DNA of 64,000 nucleotides from Desulfoluna sp. (GCF_030145185.1 NZ_JAQYWB010000026.1:7454-71453), one strand, 5' to 3'; shown: positions 1-10,632, counted from the first letter of the stretch. Numbers and translations: made by a program. The notes: generated from the sequence alone by a model not told the origin.

Positions 1-1
1 A

Positions 2-265
2 ACCCTCTACGCCATCGATGAACTCACCGGCCTCATCACCTCAACGGCCCTGGTCCGCCCCTCCCGAAGCGTCATGGACATGAAACCGAAATCGGTCAAA
101 AAAAAGTGGAAGGTGAAGAGCTTCGCCGCTGGCGTAGATCGTTCCATCATCGAAAAAGGTGCCGAAATGCTCGGCATGGAACTCTCGGAGCTCATCGACG
201 AAACCATCCTCGGAATGCGCGAGGTGGCCGAGTCCATCGGCCTGGGAATGTCTGAAGCGAATTAG
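2..265 (+). CDS. hypothetical protein, C-terminal fragment (ORF open at window start)
   Basis: Frame 2 has no stop from nt 2 and ends ...SIGLGMSEAN*; the listed 74..265 ORF is the internal-Met part. No family recognised. Confidence 0.35.
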   Translation, partial: TLYAIDELTGLITSTALVRPSRSVMDMKPKSVKKKWKVKSFAAGVDRSIIEKGAEMLGMELSELIDETILGMREVAESIGLGMSEAN

Positions 266-397
266 CTCATAAGCCGGGGGTCGAAAAGACCCTCGGTGAT
301 CCCGTCAAAATCATAACGCGGACTTGATCCCCTTCCTCTGTGTGTCTGCTGCAAATCCATTTCGAACATCAAATGCAGCATCAACCACGGAGCCCCC

Positions 398-919
398 ATG
401 GCAAGTTCAGCCCATGACCTGGTCCTTTCCTTCTACACCCGTTTTACCAGTCGCATCGCCATCAGCGTGGGCTATGGCCCTGGCCTGGAGGAGATCTTCC
501 CTTTTGTTTTTGAAGACTGCGGTGGCACAGCCATCGGTATCATCGCCCTGGCCGTGATGGACCTGAACGAACGCGAGGTGGTCCATATTTATCACCTGGG
601 CGCCCTCACCCCGGGAAAGGGACAGGGGACAACGATGATTAAAGAATTGTGCCGGGTGGCCACCCAATGCCAGGTCCCCCTCAGCCTCAGCCCCATTCAC
701 TGCCCCAACGGAAACCCCTTATGGCTCGATGACAAGGGCCTGGCCCTCTGGTATCGGAGATTTGGTTTCAGGGGAGCGGCACACTTGGTTCGTGAACCCG
801 GGGCCTTGCCCCCCTCCATGACCTGCACCCGTCGTGGTTCAGCCACAACAAACAGCGAACAAAGGCGGAGAAGCATCATACGTCGTGATAAAAGCCTCAA
901 TCTCCCACGAATCGATTAA
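398..919 (+). CDS. GNAT-family N-acetyltransferase (probable)
   Basis: 173 aa with GNAT motif A (HLGALTPGKGQGTTMIKEL) and motif B-like WYRRFGF. The C-terminal tail converges on the next gene. RBS-like ACGGAG lies 7 nt upstream. Confidence 0.5.
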   Translation: MASSAHDLVLSFYTRFTSRIAISVGYGPGLEEIFPFVFEDCGGTAIGIIALAVMDLNEREVVHIYHLGALTPGKGQGTTMIKELCRVATQCQVPLSLSPIHCPNGNPLWLDDKGLALWYRRFGFRGAAHLVREPGALPPSMTCTRRGSATTNSEQRRRSIIRRDKSLNLPRID

Positions 920-1855
920 TACCCACGATGAAAATCAACGCACCCGTCGAGGGGCTCCCCCCGCCTTAAGGCGAGGAAGTTGCGACAAAAGATCCCGGCG
1001 ATCTCTTCAGGAAAACTCATGGCAGAGATGTGGGGGGTCACGACAACACCCGGCATCGTCCACAGGGGACTCTCACGGCTCAACGGCTCTTCTTCAAACA
1101 CATCCAGCACGGCCCCGGCAAGATCCCTCCTCTCCAGAGCATCACTCAAATCAGGTTCGCACACCGTGCTGCCCCGGCCCACATTCATGAAAACAGCCGA
1201 GGTTTTCATGGCGGAAAACGCCTCCACATTAAAAAGATGGTGCGTGGAAGGCGTGGCGGGAAGAACCGACACCACATAATCACACGAGGATAAAAAATCA
1301 TAAAACTGCCCTTGTGGAAAAACCTGGGCCACCCCCTCGCATTCTCCTCCGCTTCGACGATAACCGTGAACCCGCATACCGAAATGATGCCCCGTCCGGG
1401 CTACATGCTCCCCGATGGAGCCCAGCCCGCACACCCCCAGGGTCAGATCTCGCAGGCCTCGGTAAGCAAGAGGCGCCCACACCCGGGCCTGCTGATTCTC
1501 CCGAACGGCAAAAAGGTTCCGCTCCCTGGCCAGAATATAGCCAAAGACATACTCGCTCATCAACGGACCGAACACCCCCTTCACCCCGGTGAGGAGGTAA
1601 TCTTTCCGAAGCCCTTCGCGGCACAAGGCATCGACGCCTGCAAAGGTGGACTGCACCCACACAAGCCTTGATGCGTCGGCAAGCACCTGCGCCACCCTAT
1701 CCGGCTGCCCGAGAATCACCTCGCACCGCCCTGCAACCTTTCGAGCCTCAGCCACCGTCTCACAGGCATGAAGGGTCAGGTCCGGCAAGCCCGCCGCTTC
1801 CACCAGGGGCAGGTAAACCCGGGCGTCTCGTGCCAAAATCAATCCATGCGTCATG
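916..1855 (-). CDS. D-isomer-specific 2-hydroxyacid dehydrogenase family, NAD-binding
   Basis: GxGxxG (GVCGLGSIGEHVA), FMNVGRG and the catalytic ...VVVTPHISAM region. Start taken at the internal ATG (MTHGLILARD) preceded by GGAAGG; the track ORF extends to a GTG at 1884. Confidence 0.8.
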
Positions 1856-1980
1856 ACGTGTTCCTTCCATTCTTTCTTTGCCACGTTCTTTATGCTACGG
1901 TATCCGCAGTTTTTTTAAGTCTTCCAGCCCTATTTTTCCCAGGCAACCACAACCTTCTGAATGAACAAGGCCTTATAAAT

Positions 1981-2952
1981 TTGATACCCCTTGCTTTTCT
2001 TGCTGTCATTTTCGGATTGGCCCTTCTTGTATGGAGCGCCGACCGTTTTGTCGATGGATCCGCCGCCACCGCCCGTCACTTCGGAATGCCACCCTTACTC
2101 ATCGGCATGGTCATCCTGGGTTTCGGCACTTCGGCCCCTGAAATGGTGGTCTCCGGCCTGGCAGCCACCCAAGGCAACCCGGGTATCGCCCTGGGCAACG
2201 CCTATGGCTCCAACATTGCCAACATCGCCCTGATCTTAGGAATCACAGCCCTCATTGCCCCCATCACCGTCCACTCCCAGGTGCTTCGAAAAGAGTTGCC
2301 CCTTCTCGCCGTCATTACCGCTCTTTCGGCCTTTCAGATCGCCGATGGCCACATCAGCGCCATGGACGCCTGGGTTCTCTTGACCATCTTCGGTGGCCTC
2401 ATAGCCTGGACCATTCGCCAGGGCCTCCACCACCGAAACGATACCCTCGGCAATGAAACAGAACAAGGGCTTACGACGGACGCCCAGCCCCTCTCACGAG
2501 CCCTCTTTCGGCTCTTCTCCGGCCTCATTTTTCTCATCGTCGCCTCCCGGATCCTGGTCTGGGGCGCCGTGGCCATGGCCCGAGCCTTCGGCGTGAACGA
2601 CCTGATCATCGGCCTCACCATCATAGCGGTGGGGACCTCCCTCCCCGAACTCGCCTCCTCCATCATCGCCACCCGCAAGGGAGAACACGACATCGCCCTG
2701 GGCAATGTCATCGGATCCAACCTCTTCAACACCCTGGCCGTGGTCGGCATTGCCGGGGCCATCCACCCCATGGACGTGCCCCCGGAAGTCCTTACCCGGG
2801 ATGCCCTCACCATGGGCCTTCTGACCCTCTCCCTCTTCGCCATCGGATACGGGTTCAAAGGCAGGGGACGCATCAACCGATTCGAAGGCCTGATCCTTGT
2901 CGTCACCTATATCGGCTACAATGCCTGGGTGGCCATGGAGATTTTTCGGTAA
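1981..2952 (+). CDS. CaCA-family Na+/Ca2+ exchanger (YrbG-like)
   Basis: Duplicated alpha-repeat motifs GTSAPE and GTSLPE and a hydrophobic 10-TM-like profile. Start uncertain (TTG at 1981 chosen); the track start 1768 would overlap the divergent upstream gene. Confidence 0.75.
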   Translation: MIPLAFLAVIFGLALLVWSADRFVDGSAATARHFGMPPLLIGMVILGFGTSAPEMVVSGLAATQGNPGIALGNAYGSNIANIALILGITALIAPITVHSQVLRKELPLLAVITALSAFQIADGHISAMDAWVLLTIFGGLIAWTIRQGLHHRNDTLGNETEQGLTTDAQPLSRALFRLFSGLIFLIVASRILVWGAVAMARAFGVNDLIIGLTIIAVGTSLPELASSIIATRKGEHDIALGNVIGSNLFNTLAVVGIAGAIHPMDVPPEVLTRDALTMGLLTLSLFAIGYGFKGRGRINRFEGLILVVTYIGYNAWVAMEIFR

Positions 2953-3026
2953 AAGCATGCCTCCGGCGGCCCTGCCGGGGGCCAAACTTTTGAAAATTTT
3001 TTATGGACTGGGTTTGACAAACAGGC

Positions 3027-3061
3027 AAAAAAAAGGCCACCCCATTGGGCGGCCTTTTTTC
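3027..3061. terminator. bidirectional rho-independent terminator between convergent CaCA gene and trpB
   Basis: A-run, hairpin GGCCACCCcattGGGCGGCC, then TTTTTT. Confidence 0.6.
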
Positions 3062-3093
3062 GTTACACGCAGTGCGGTGTTTTTATGCGCGAT

Positions 3094-4311
3094 CTACACG
3101 CCGAATTTCTTTCCGTAATTCTCCACCACAAAATCGATGTCTTTGTCGCCCCGGCCGGAGAGGTTCACCAGAAGGGTCTCCTCCTTCGGGAGCTCCTTGG
3201 CAAGCGTCATGGCGTAGGCCACGGCATGGGCGCTCTCGATGGCAGGGATAATGCCCTCGGTGCGGGAAAGCTCAAACAGGGCGTCGATGGTCTCCTCATC
3301 CCCTGCCGTGACATAATTCACCCGCTTGATGTCTTTCAGGAGGCTGTGCTGGGGACCAACGCCCGGGTAATCAAGGCCGCTTGCCACGGAGTAAACGGGC
3401 AGGGGCTCACCGGCCTCATCCTGAAGAAGATACGATTTAAAGCCATGCAGGGTCCCAGGCGTTCCCAGGGTCAAGGTGGCGGCGTGTTTGCCATCTTCAA
3501 GGCCCGCCCCCGAAGGCTCAACCCCATGCATCTTGACGCCCTCGTCTTCAAGAAAGGCAGCGAAGAGCCCCATGGCGTTGGAACCGCCCCCCACACAGGC
3601 CACCAGGTGATCGGGAAGTTTCCCGTAGCGTTCCTGGAACTGAGCCCGGGCTTCGATGCCGATGATCTTCTGAAAATCTCGCACCATCATGGGAAAGGGA
3701 TGGGGCCCCACCACGGAGCCAATGGCATAGAGCTGGGTCACCGGATCCGCAAGATACGCTTCAAAGGCGGCATCCACAGCATCTTTAAGGGTCTGGGTGC
3801 CTCGGGTCACCGGGATCACATTGGCCCCTAAGATCCGCATGCGGATGACGTTAGGTTTTTCTTTTTCAATGTCGATCACCCCCATGTAGATATCACACTC
3901 CAGCCCCACAAGCACAGCCGCCGTGGCCAGAGCCACGCCGTGTTGTCCGGCGCCGGTTTCGGCAATCAGCTTCTTCTTGCCCATGCGCTTGGCCAAAAGG
4001 GCCTCACCCAGGCAGTGGTTAATCTTATGGGCTCCGGTATGGTTGAGGTCTTCCCGCTTGAGGTAGATCTGAGCGCCCCCGATCTTCTCGGAGAGGTTTT
4101 TGCAGTGAAACAAAGCACTGGGACGCCCGACGAAATCCTTCATGAGCATGGTCAGCTCGCTGATAAACGCGGGATCCTCTTTGATCTCATTGTAGGCGGC
4201 GGTGATTTCATCAAGGATGGCCTGGAGCTCGGGCGGAACAAAGCTGCCGCCATAATCTCCAAAATAACCTTCGGCGTTGGGCATTTCAAGGCTGCGAATA
4301 TCGGTGGTCAT
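3094..4311 (-). CDS. trpB: tryptophan synthase beta chain
   Basis: 405 aa with the PLP-lysine context [21 protein letters not shown] and a TrpB-wide match. Start MTTDIR preceded by AGGAGA. No trpA adjacent. Confidence 0.9.
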   Translation of the reverse strand: MTTDIRSLEMPNAEGYFGDYGGSFVPPELQAILDEITAAYNEIKEDPAFISELTMLMKDFVGRPSALFHCKNLSEKIGGAQIYLKREDLNHTGAHKINHCLGEALLAKRMGKKKLIAETGAGQHGVALATAAVLVGLECDIYMGVIDIEKEKPNVIRMRILGANVIPVTRGTQTLKDAVDAAFEAYLADPVTQLYAIGSVVGPHPFPMMVRDFQKIIGIEARAQFQERYGKLPDHLVACVGGGSNAMGLFAAFLEDEGVKMHGVEPSGAGLEDGKHAATLTLGTPGTLHGFKSYLLQDEAGEPLPVYSVASGLDYPGVGPQHSLLKDIKRVNYVTAGDEETIDALFELSRTEGIIPAIESAHAVAYAMTLAKELPKEETLLVNLSGRGDKDIDFVVENYGKKFGV

Positions 4312-4372
4312 ATCTCTTCTCCTGGGTCTGAATCGTCTATCTAAGGGCCTGCCCTTACCGGTTCGGCCGCCA

Positions 4373-4396
4373 CATGTTTCTACATGCAGAAACATG
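4373..4396. promoter_or_regulatory. perfect 9-6-9 inverted repeat CATGTTTCT-acatgc-AGAAACATG in the trpB/HD-gene divergent promoter region
   Basis: Seen in sequence 60-85 nt upstream of the trpB start; candidate operator. Confidence 0.35.
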
Positions 4397-4518
4397 CCTC
4401 ACTCATGCCCCTTTTGCAACCTTTTTTTACTTCCGGAAGCAGAAAAAGCGCCAATCACCTTGCCTTTCAACCCCAAACCCACCTATAGTACTCTTTCTGT
4501 CAATTTTAGCCCCTACAG

Positions 4519-5061
4519 GTGACCTACGTGATCTCCAAACCTCTCATCGAGGCTATCGTTGCCCAGTATGTCCAGCCCCTGGAGGGGCGCCATGGACTTG
4601 TTCACTGGGCCCGTGTTCTTGAAAATGGACGGCTGCTGGCCGACCGCACCGACGCTGATCTCACCGTTGTGGAGCTCTTCTCCATTTTCCACGATGCCTG
4701 CCGACACAACGAATCCTTTGACCCCAACCACGGAGCCCGTGGCGCAAAACTGGCTCGCCAGTTCCACCAGTCTGGATTCCTCTCCTTAAGTGATCGGCAA
4801 CTCGAACTGCTTACCTACGCCTGCGAAGCGCACACAGACGGGCTGATCACCGGTGACCTCACCGTGCGGGTCTGCTGGGACTCCGACCGCCTCGACCTGG
4901 GTCGCGCGGGAATCCGCCCCGCCCAGGGCCTTTTGTGCACCGGTGCCGCCCGAGACGGCGACATCATGGAGTGGGCAAGTCAGCGCAGCCTCTCCGGGCA
5001 CCGCCCCGAGCTCCTTGCCGACGAATGGGGTGTCCATCTTAAAGATGAACAGTCGGCGTAA
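4519..5061 (+). CDS. HD-domain-like putative metal-dependent phosphohydrolase
   Basis: 180 aa with GTG start. Spaced H...HD...H...D residues (HWARV, FHDACR, EAHTDG, DSDRLD) resemble an HD motif. Weak call. Confidence 0.4.
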   Translation: MTYVISKPLIEAIVAQYVQPLEGRHGLVHWARVLENGRLLADRTDADLTVVELFSIFHDACRHNESFDPNHGARGAKLARQFHQSGFLSLSDRQLELLTYACEAHTDGLITGDLTVRVCWDSDRLDLGRAGIRPAQGLLCTGAARDGDIMEWASQRSLSGHRPELLADEWGVHLKDEQSA

Positions 5062-5093
5062 AACAGCGCGTCAAAAGGAACCATCCCGACAGT

Positions 5094-5392
5094 GCCTCAG
5101 GCGGCCCTGCCGGGGGCTAAACTTTTGAAAAGTTCAACAAACAGGTTTTACAAAATAACCTTGATTCAATTTCATCTTAAAAGCGGATGTGATTTCCCCC
5201 GAGGAATCCGCCGACGCAAAAGCCTCCGGCGTGACCAGTCCGCATAGGCCCATGTCTATGCGTCACCACTTACCCCACGTCAATGGGCTACGGCGCGACA
5301 AGCGATCCGTCTTCGCCTGTGGCTACGCCGTGACATGGGGGCAAAACGCATTCGTAACCTGATTTCAAGGTGGCCCACCTTGCCGCCGAAGA
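5094..5392 (+). repeat. composite repeat element, copy A (left arm + core + right arm)
   Basis: Shares left arm GCCTCAGGCGGCCCTGCCGGGGGCTAAACTTTTGAAAAG, the core GGCGGATGTGATTT...GACATGGGGGCAAAACGCAT and right arm CTTTCAAGGTGGCCCACCTTGCCGCCGAAG with copies at 18206 and 57336. Confidence 0.85.
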
Positions 5393-5460
5393 CTGCTTCT
5401 CTGTCAATCCAATCGACACCCGTGAAAATCATCCACCCCCCATTCAGGACCTTATGACCC

Positions 5461-6687
5461 ATGCACCTTTTTAACGCCATTGCCATATTGATCACCCTGG
5501 CCGCCCTCTTCAGTTTCATCAACGACCGATTCATCAAGCTTCCCGCCACCATCGGCATCATGATGATTGCCATGCTGATGTCTTTGGGGCTGATTGTGCT
5601 GGCCCCCTTCGGGCTCGATCCGGGAGTGGCCAAGCTCATCGCCGGCATCGACTTCAACACCACCCTCATGGTGGGGATGCTCTCCTTTCTTCTCTTTGCC
5701 GGTGCCCTTCACGTGGAGATGGATGACCTCCTGGAAAACAAGGTGGAAATCGCTCTCTTCGCCACGGTGGGCGTGGTGGCCGCCACCTTCATCACCGGAA
5801 CCCTGGTTTATTACGCGGCAGGGCTTATGGGCCTCACCCTGGATTACATCCACTGCCTCCTCTTCGGTGCCCTCATCTCCCCCACCGACCCGGTGGCAGT
5901 GCTGGGCATCCTGAAGTTGACGGGCGCTCCCAAAAGCCTGGAGGTCAAGATCACCGGGGAGTCCCTTTTCAACGACGGCATCGGGGTGGTGGTCTTTCTG
6001 ACCATCCTGGAGATCGCCACAGGCGAGGCCGAACTCTCCGCCGGTCATGTGGCGGCCCTTTTCGCCACAGAGGTGGCCGGTGGCCTGATTCTGGGCCTCG
6101 TCACCGGCTGGATCGCCTACCTCTTCCTCTCCAAGGTGGACAACTACCAGGTGGAGGTCCTCATCACCCTGGCCCTGGTCACCGGCGGCTATGCTTTGGC
6201 CCTGGCCCTTCATCTCTCCGGCCCCATCGCCATCGTCATCGCGGGCCTTCTCATCGGCAACCGAGGCCGGGCCTTTGCCATGAGCGACAAAACCCGAGAG
6301 CATTTAGATACCTTCTGGGAACTCCTCGACGAAACCTTAAACGCCGTCCTCTTCCTTCTCATTGGCTTTGAAATCCTGATCCTCACCGTCAGCAGACGCT
6401 TCCTGGGCCTGGGCATGCTGGCCTTCTTCATCGTCCTGCTCGCCCGATTCACCTCTCTTGCCGGTGCCCTGGCCATCCTGAAACCCTTCCGCACCTTTGC
6501 CAAAGGTGCCCTCCCCATCCTCACCTGGGGCGGCCTCCGGGGAGGCATCTCCGTAGCCCTGGCCCTCTCCCTGCCCGCCTCCATCCCGGTCCGGGACGGC
6601 CTCGTCACCATGACCTACGTCGTGGTGATCTGCTCCATCGTCATTCAAGGCCTCACCATCGGCAAACTGATTAAGCGCCATCATTAA
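5461..6687 (+). CDS. Na+/H+ antiporter, CPA1 (NhaP-type)
   Basis: 408 aa polytopic protein with the GESLFNDG signature. Confidence 0.85.
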   Translation: MHLFNAIAILITLAALFSFINDRFIKLPATIGIMMIAMLMSLGLIVLAPFGLDPGVAKLIAGIDFNTTLMVGMLSFLLFAGALHVEMDDLLENKVEIALFATVGVVAATFITGTLVYYAAGLMGLTLDYIHCLLFGALISPTDPVAVLGILKLTGAPKSLEVKITGESLFNDGIGVVVFLTILEIATGEAELSAGHVAALFATEVAGGLILGLVTGWIAYLFLSKVDNYQVEVLITLALVTGGYALALALHLSGPIAIVIAGLLIGNRGRAFAMSDKTREHLDTFWELLDETLNAVLFLLIGFEILILTVSRRFLGLGMLAFFIVLLARFTSLAGALAILKPFRTFAKGALPILTWGGLRGGISVALALSLPASIPVRDGLVTMTYVVVICSIVIQGLTIGKLIKRHH

Positions 6688-6694
6688 AAAACAT

Positions 6695-6778
6695 GCCTCC
6701 GGCGGCAAGGTGAGCCACCTTGAAAGCGGGTTGCAAATGCACTTTGTCCCTCGTTCCTCAGGCCAAATTGCATTTGCC
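6695..6778 (-). repeat. solo right-arm repeat unit with extended hairpin (GCAAATGCA...TGCATTTGC)
   Basis: GCCTCCGGCGGCAAGGTGAGCCACCTTGAAAGCGGGTTGCAAATGC..., starting 4 nt after the antiporter stop. Confidence 0.8.
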
Positions 6779-6910
6779 TTCCAATACTGACGATTGTGCC
6801 CGCAGTATCGCAAGATTTTTAAGGCTGACGATGCAAAAAGATAATCCCCCGCCACCGGATCGGATTTAAGCTTACTGAATCACTCCGCCAAGGTTTGCCA
6901 GAACGCAATC

Positions 6911-7046
6911 CCATTCCCTATTCCCCATTCCCTATTCCCTATGCACCATTCACTATTCACTATTCACTATTCACTATTCACTATTCACCATTCCCCATTC
7001 ACTATTCCCCATTCACTATTCCCCATTCACTATTCACTATCTTCAC
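6911..7046. repeat. tandem heptanucleotide array (~19 units of YATTCMC: ATTCACT/ATTCCCC/ATTCCCT)
   Basis: Seen directly. Lies in a convergent 3' intergenic region; the track ORF 6895..7209 is just its translation. Confidence 0.9.
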
Positions 7047-7303
7047 TATTCACAAAAAAAAACACCGCAACAACTCTCAAAGAGTGGTGGCGGTGCCTTT
7101 AAAAAAAGCTCTGGCTCACAGCATGGTGGAACCCCGGACGCGGTCGGACGTCCGGGACAGGAAGAAATGCTGTTGGTCATTCATGCAGTCTATTTCATTG
7201 ACAAGGTAACCAGAACAACATGAATTTAGGAGAGATCTGAGCCAGAACATCGGTTAGGAGCGCCCCGCAAAGGGGAGGCTCCAAAAATCATGTCACAAAA
7301 AAA

Positions 7304-8068
7304 TCATACCGTCTCTTCCGGGTCCATGGAGAACTTCCAGGCACAGACCCACTCGTCAGGATGAACATCCGGCGGGCACCCGATACACTCGGTCTGAATG
7401 CGCGAATCAATGGCCCGGGCAAAACTGGGATATTCCACAAGACCGGCTGATTTGCAGGGATAATCGTCCAGGTTCTTCCGCTGCCGGGCCGTCTGAACGC
7501 GGCACTTGTTCATTTGAAAAACAAAGCTGCCCTCGTCCTCATCCACGATGGACTGCTCGTTGATCCTTGCGTACATGCGAAACTTCAGGGCGGCCTTCAG
7601 CCCCTCAAGACCAGGCTTTTCTGAGAGCCCGAGAAAACGCTTCACCGCAGACGCTTCAAAGGGAGAAAAATGTCCCCAGCAGGAATCATTACAGCGTTTG
7701 GCATCGTTCATGCCGTGGGTAAACTCCACGGACTGAAACCACACCCCGTCATTGGCCAGCCAATTGATGGAGATCGATTCAAGAAGGGCGTGCATCTTCT
7801 CGGCGTCCAAATCGAGCAGAGCATCGGGGATGCCGTCGGTCATGCCAAACCCCAGGGTCCTGGAGAGACGTTTTAACTGAATATCCCGACTTGTGTCGAG
7901 GGCCTTCCAGAGAGCCTCCTGGGCCTTCTCCGTTCCGAGCTGATGCCGCACCTCCGTAAACCAGAGAACGTGATGCATGATGATGCGATGCATCATGTCC
8001 ATAGCCAGCCGTGCGGTCTCTTCCCGGCTCAACCCCTCCAACTCCATCTTGGTCGTTTCCATCATCTG
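7304..8068 (-). CDS. hypothetical protein with Cys-rich C-terminus
   Basis: 254 aa from MMETTK (RBS GAAGAAGG). C-terminal cysteines (C...C, CIGC, C). No confident family. Confidence 0.55.
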   Translation of the reverse strand, partial: QMMETTKMELEGLSREETARLAMDMMHRIIMHHVLWFTEVRHQLGTEKAQEALWKALDTSRDIQLKRLSRTLGFGMTDGIPDALLDLDAEKMHALLESISINWLANDGVWFQSVEFTHGMNDAKRCNDSCWGHFSPFEASAVKRFLGLSEKPGLEGLKAALKFRMYARINEQSIVDEDEGSFVFQMNKCRVQTARQRKNLDDYPCKSAGLVEYPSFARAIDSRIQTECIGCPPDVHPDEWVCAWKFSMDPEETV

Positions 8069-8650
8069 ACGCCTTCTTCGATTAAATGAATGCCATGCAT
8101 GGTGAAGGGAACCCACCGCGCTGCACGAAAAATTGAAACGATGTGCCCCCGGCGGTCAAGGCGCAGCCCCCCTTTGCTCTTCGGCCAGGAAAAGCAAAGA
8201 AAACTGCCGTTTGCACAGGGGTTTTGATTCAATGAAAAAGAAGCACAAACACAAAAAAAACCGTGATCAAAACCCTGGGCCCTGGAACCGTAACCATGCC
8301 CCAACGGCTCATTATTTACTACCTATTCGCCCTTAAGTATACCCGCATAAATGGATACAATGTATTTTGCGCGTCTACCGACCCCTTTAAATAATCGCCC
8401 AGGCAGGTTCGCCCGAGGCAGATTTCTTCTAAAAAAGGAGGCGCCCATGCTTTGGAACGAACACTCAATCACGTGAACAAAAAAAATGCCTCTGGCAAGT
8501 CGCTTTTTGAAAGGGTGCCGGCTGCGCCTTGGTAAAAACCGCAAAACCTTTTTGGTTGCACAACCTCTCTTGCCCGCCCTGGGACAGGCAAGAGAGGCCA
8601 TGATACGTGAAGGTTACCGCAAGCGTCGGGCTCTCGAAATATTATTTAAA

Positions 8651-8702
8651 GCCTGTTTATCAAACGGTTCGAACGTTTGGCCCCCGGCAGGGCCGCCGGA
8701 GG
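8651..8702 (-). repeat. solo left-arm repeat unit directly after the acyl-CoA dehydrogenase stop
   Basis: Reverse complement of GCCTCCGGCGGCCCTGCCGGGGGCCAAACGTTCGAACGTTTG; the hairpin is preserved by compensatory changes relative to CAAACTTTTGAAAAGTTTG. Confidence 0.8.
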
Positions 8703-8716
8703 CCAAACCCTTCATG

Positions 8717-10519
8717 CTATTTCCCCCCGAATCCTGCGTCGTCCATGGCCGTCACCGCGCCATCACAGGTTTGAATCGCATCCATTTTACCCATGGCCGA
8801 AGGCAGCAGGGTATTGATAAAGAAGCGGGCCGTGGTGATCTGACCCTTGTAGAAGGCGGAATCTTTCTTCTTCTTATCAACCAGGGGAGCGGCCACGGTG
8901 GCACGCCAGAGAAGCATCCATGCCATGGTCAGATCGCCGGTCACCTCCAGCAAGGGGTGAGAAAAGGCGTAGGCATCCAGTACCTTGTCGGACATGGCGG
9001 CCTTACTGATGGAGGCGACCACTTCCGTGTACTTGGCAAAACACGTTTGCATATTTTCCGCCAGGGAAGCCACAGCCTCAACCCCTTTGGCCTGGTTAAT
9101 GGTGCCCTGGATCATCTCCAGGAAGTCCATGAAGGGCTTGCCTTTTTTCATTCCCAGTTTGCGGCCGAGAAGATCCATGGACTGGATCCCGTTGGTGCCC
9201 TCGTAAATCATAAAGATCCGAGAATCCCGCAAGAGCTGGGCCACGGGGAACTCCTCCACATAACCGTAGCCGCCGTAAACCTGAATCCCATGGCTGCAGA
9301 CTTCAAAGGCCTTGTCCGTGATGTACCCTTTGATCACAGGGGTCAACACCTCCAGGAGCAGGCCGTATTTGCTGCGTTCATCGGCATCTTCGCTCATGGC
9401 AATCCTGTCATGACAGAGCCCGCCGAAATAAAGCAGGCTTCGCATGCCGTCCACATAGGACTTCATGATCAGAAGCTGCCGTTTCACGTCCGGATGATTG
9501 ATAATCGCAACGGGAGCCGAACCTGAAGGGTCGGTCATCCCTTTGGTCTGTACCCTCTCCCGGGCATAGTTCAAGGCGTGGATGTAAGAGGCCGTGGCGC
9601 AGGCGAATCCCTGGAGTCCAACCATCTGCCGCGCTTCGTTCATCATCAAAAACATGGCGGCCATGCCCTTGTTCTCTTCACCCAGAAGGGTCCCGATACA
9701 CTCCCCCTTGCCCCCCAGGGTCAAGGAGCAGGTGCAGTTGCCGTGGAGACCCATCTTCTCTTCGATGCCGGTGCAGACCACATCGTTAAAATCGCCCAGA
9801 CTGCCGTCGTCATTGATGCGATATTTGGGAACCATGAAAAGGGAGATGCCGCGGGTGCCTGCCGGTGCATCTTCAAGGCGGGCGAGGACCGGGTGGATGA
9901 TGTTGGACACCATGTTCTGCTCACCGCCGGAGATAAAGATCTTACTTCCCGAGATGGAATAAGTGCCGTCGCCGTTGTTTTTGGCCACGGTGGTCAGGGC
10001 GCCCACGTCGGAACCGGCTTCAGGCTCTGTCAACAGCATGGTGCCAGACCATTCCCCTGAGAACATCTTCTTCAGGACCTGTTTTTTCTGAGCCTCCGTT
10101 CCGTACCCCTCAATGAGCTTTGCGGCCCCGTGGGAGAGCATGTTGTAAAGCATAAAGGCGTTGCAGGAACCGTAGAAATACTCGTTGGCAGCCATGGACA
10201 CGGCATGGGGAAGGCCCTGGCCGCCCCACTCCGGGTCGTCACTCATGGCCAGCCACTCGCCTTCACAATACAAATCGTAGGCATGTTTGAACCCTTCAGG
10301 TACGGTGACGGTCCCCGCATCAAAGGTGCACCCCCCGTCTCCCACCTTCTGCAGCGGAAGCATCTCCTTGATCCCCAGATTCCGGGCTTCACCGATAATC
10401 ATATCAATGGTTTTACGATTGAATTCCGCATAGGACCCGGCTTTGTACTCTGTTCCAACGTTCAGCTGCTCATGAAGTACGAAGTCAATATCCCTTTTAT
10501 CTGCAATCAGTTGAGCCAT
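8717..10519 (-). CDS. acyl-CoA dehydrogenase, long (~600 aa) type
   Basis: ACAD N-terminal, middle and C-terminal domain motifs (YGTEAQK, GSKIFISGG, YEGTNGIQSMDL). Start MAQLIADKRD, ATG at 10519. Confidence 0.85.
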   Translation of the reverse strand: MAQLIADKRDIDFVLHEQLNVGTEYKAGSYAEFNRKTIDMIIGEARNLGIKEMLPLQKVGDGGCTFDAGTVTVPEGFKHAYDLYCEGEWLAMSDDPEWGGQGLPHAVSMAANEYFYGSCNAFMLYNMLSHGAAKLIEGYGTEAQKKQVLKKMFSGEWSGTMLLTEPEAGSDVGALTTVAKNNGDGTYSISGSKIFISGGEQNMVSNIIHPVLARLEDAPAGTRGISLFMVPKYRINDDGSLGDFNDVVCTGIEEKMGLHGNCTCSLTLGGKGECIGTLLGEENKGMAAMFLMMNEARQMVGLQGFACATASYIHALNYARERVQTKGMTDPSGSAPVAIINHPDVKRQLLIMKSYVDGMRSLLYFGGLCHDRIAMSEDADERSKYGLLLEVLTPVIKGYITDKAFEVCSHGIQVYGGYGYVEEFPVAQLLRDSRIFMIYEGTNGIQSMDLLGRKLGMKKGKPFMDFLEMIQGTINQAKGVEAVASLAENMQTCFAKYTEVVASISKAAMSDKVLDAYAFSHPLLEVTGDLTMAWMLLWRATVAAPLVDKKKKDSAFYKGQITTARFFINTLLPSAMGKMDAIQTCDGAVTAMDDAGFGGK

Positions 10520-10563
10520 GAATCGGTTCCTTTCTTTGTTGTTAAGAGCGGGTAAGAAAGCCT

Positions 10564-10618
10564 GCCTCCGGCGGCGAGGTGAGCCACCTCGAAAGCGGGT
10601 TGCGGTTAAATGCATTCG
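10564..10618 (-). repeat. solo right-arm repeat unit
   Basis: GCCTCCGGCGGCGAGGTGAGCCACCTCGAAAGCGGGTTGCGG... Confidence 0.75.
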
Positions 10619-10632
10619 GTATCATCCACGGG

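Noticed and set aside
1768-1980. Long N-terminal extension of the CaCA exchanger ORF (track start 1768)
   Set aside because: The extension overlaps the divergent dehydrogenase gene and is hydrophilic and Arg-rich. The conserved CaCA N-terminus begins near 1981.
2334-2985. Two minus-strand ORFs (190 and 163 aa)
   Set aside because: Antisense within the CaCA exchanger gene. No motifs.
6895-7209. 104-aa ORF (IPYSPFPIPYAPFTIHYS...)
   Set aside because: It is the translation of the heptanucleotide tandem array, not a gene.
8486-9526. 346-aa plus-strand ORF
   Set aside because: Entirely antisense to the well-supported acyl-CoA dehydrogenase gene. His/Gly/Arg-rich composition is typical of antisense frames in high-GC DNA.
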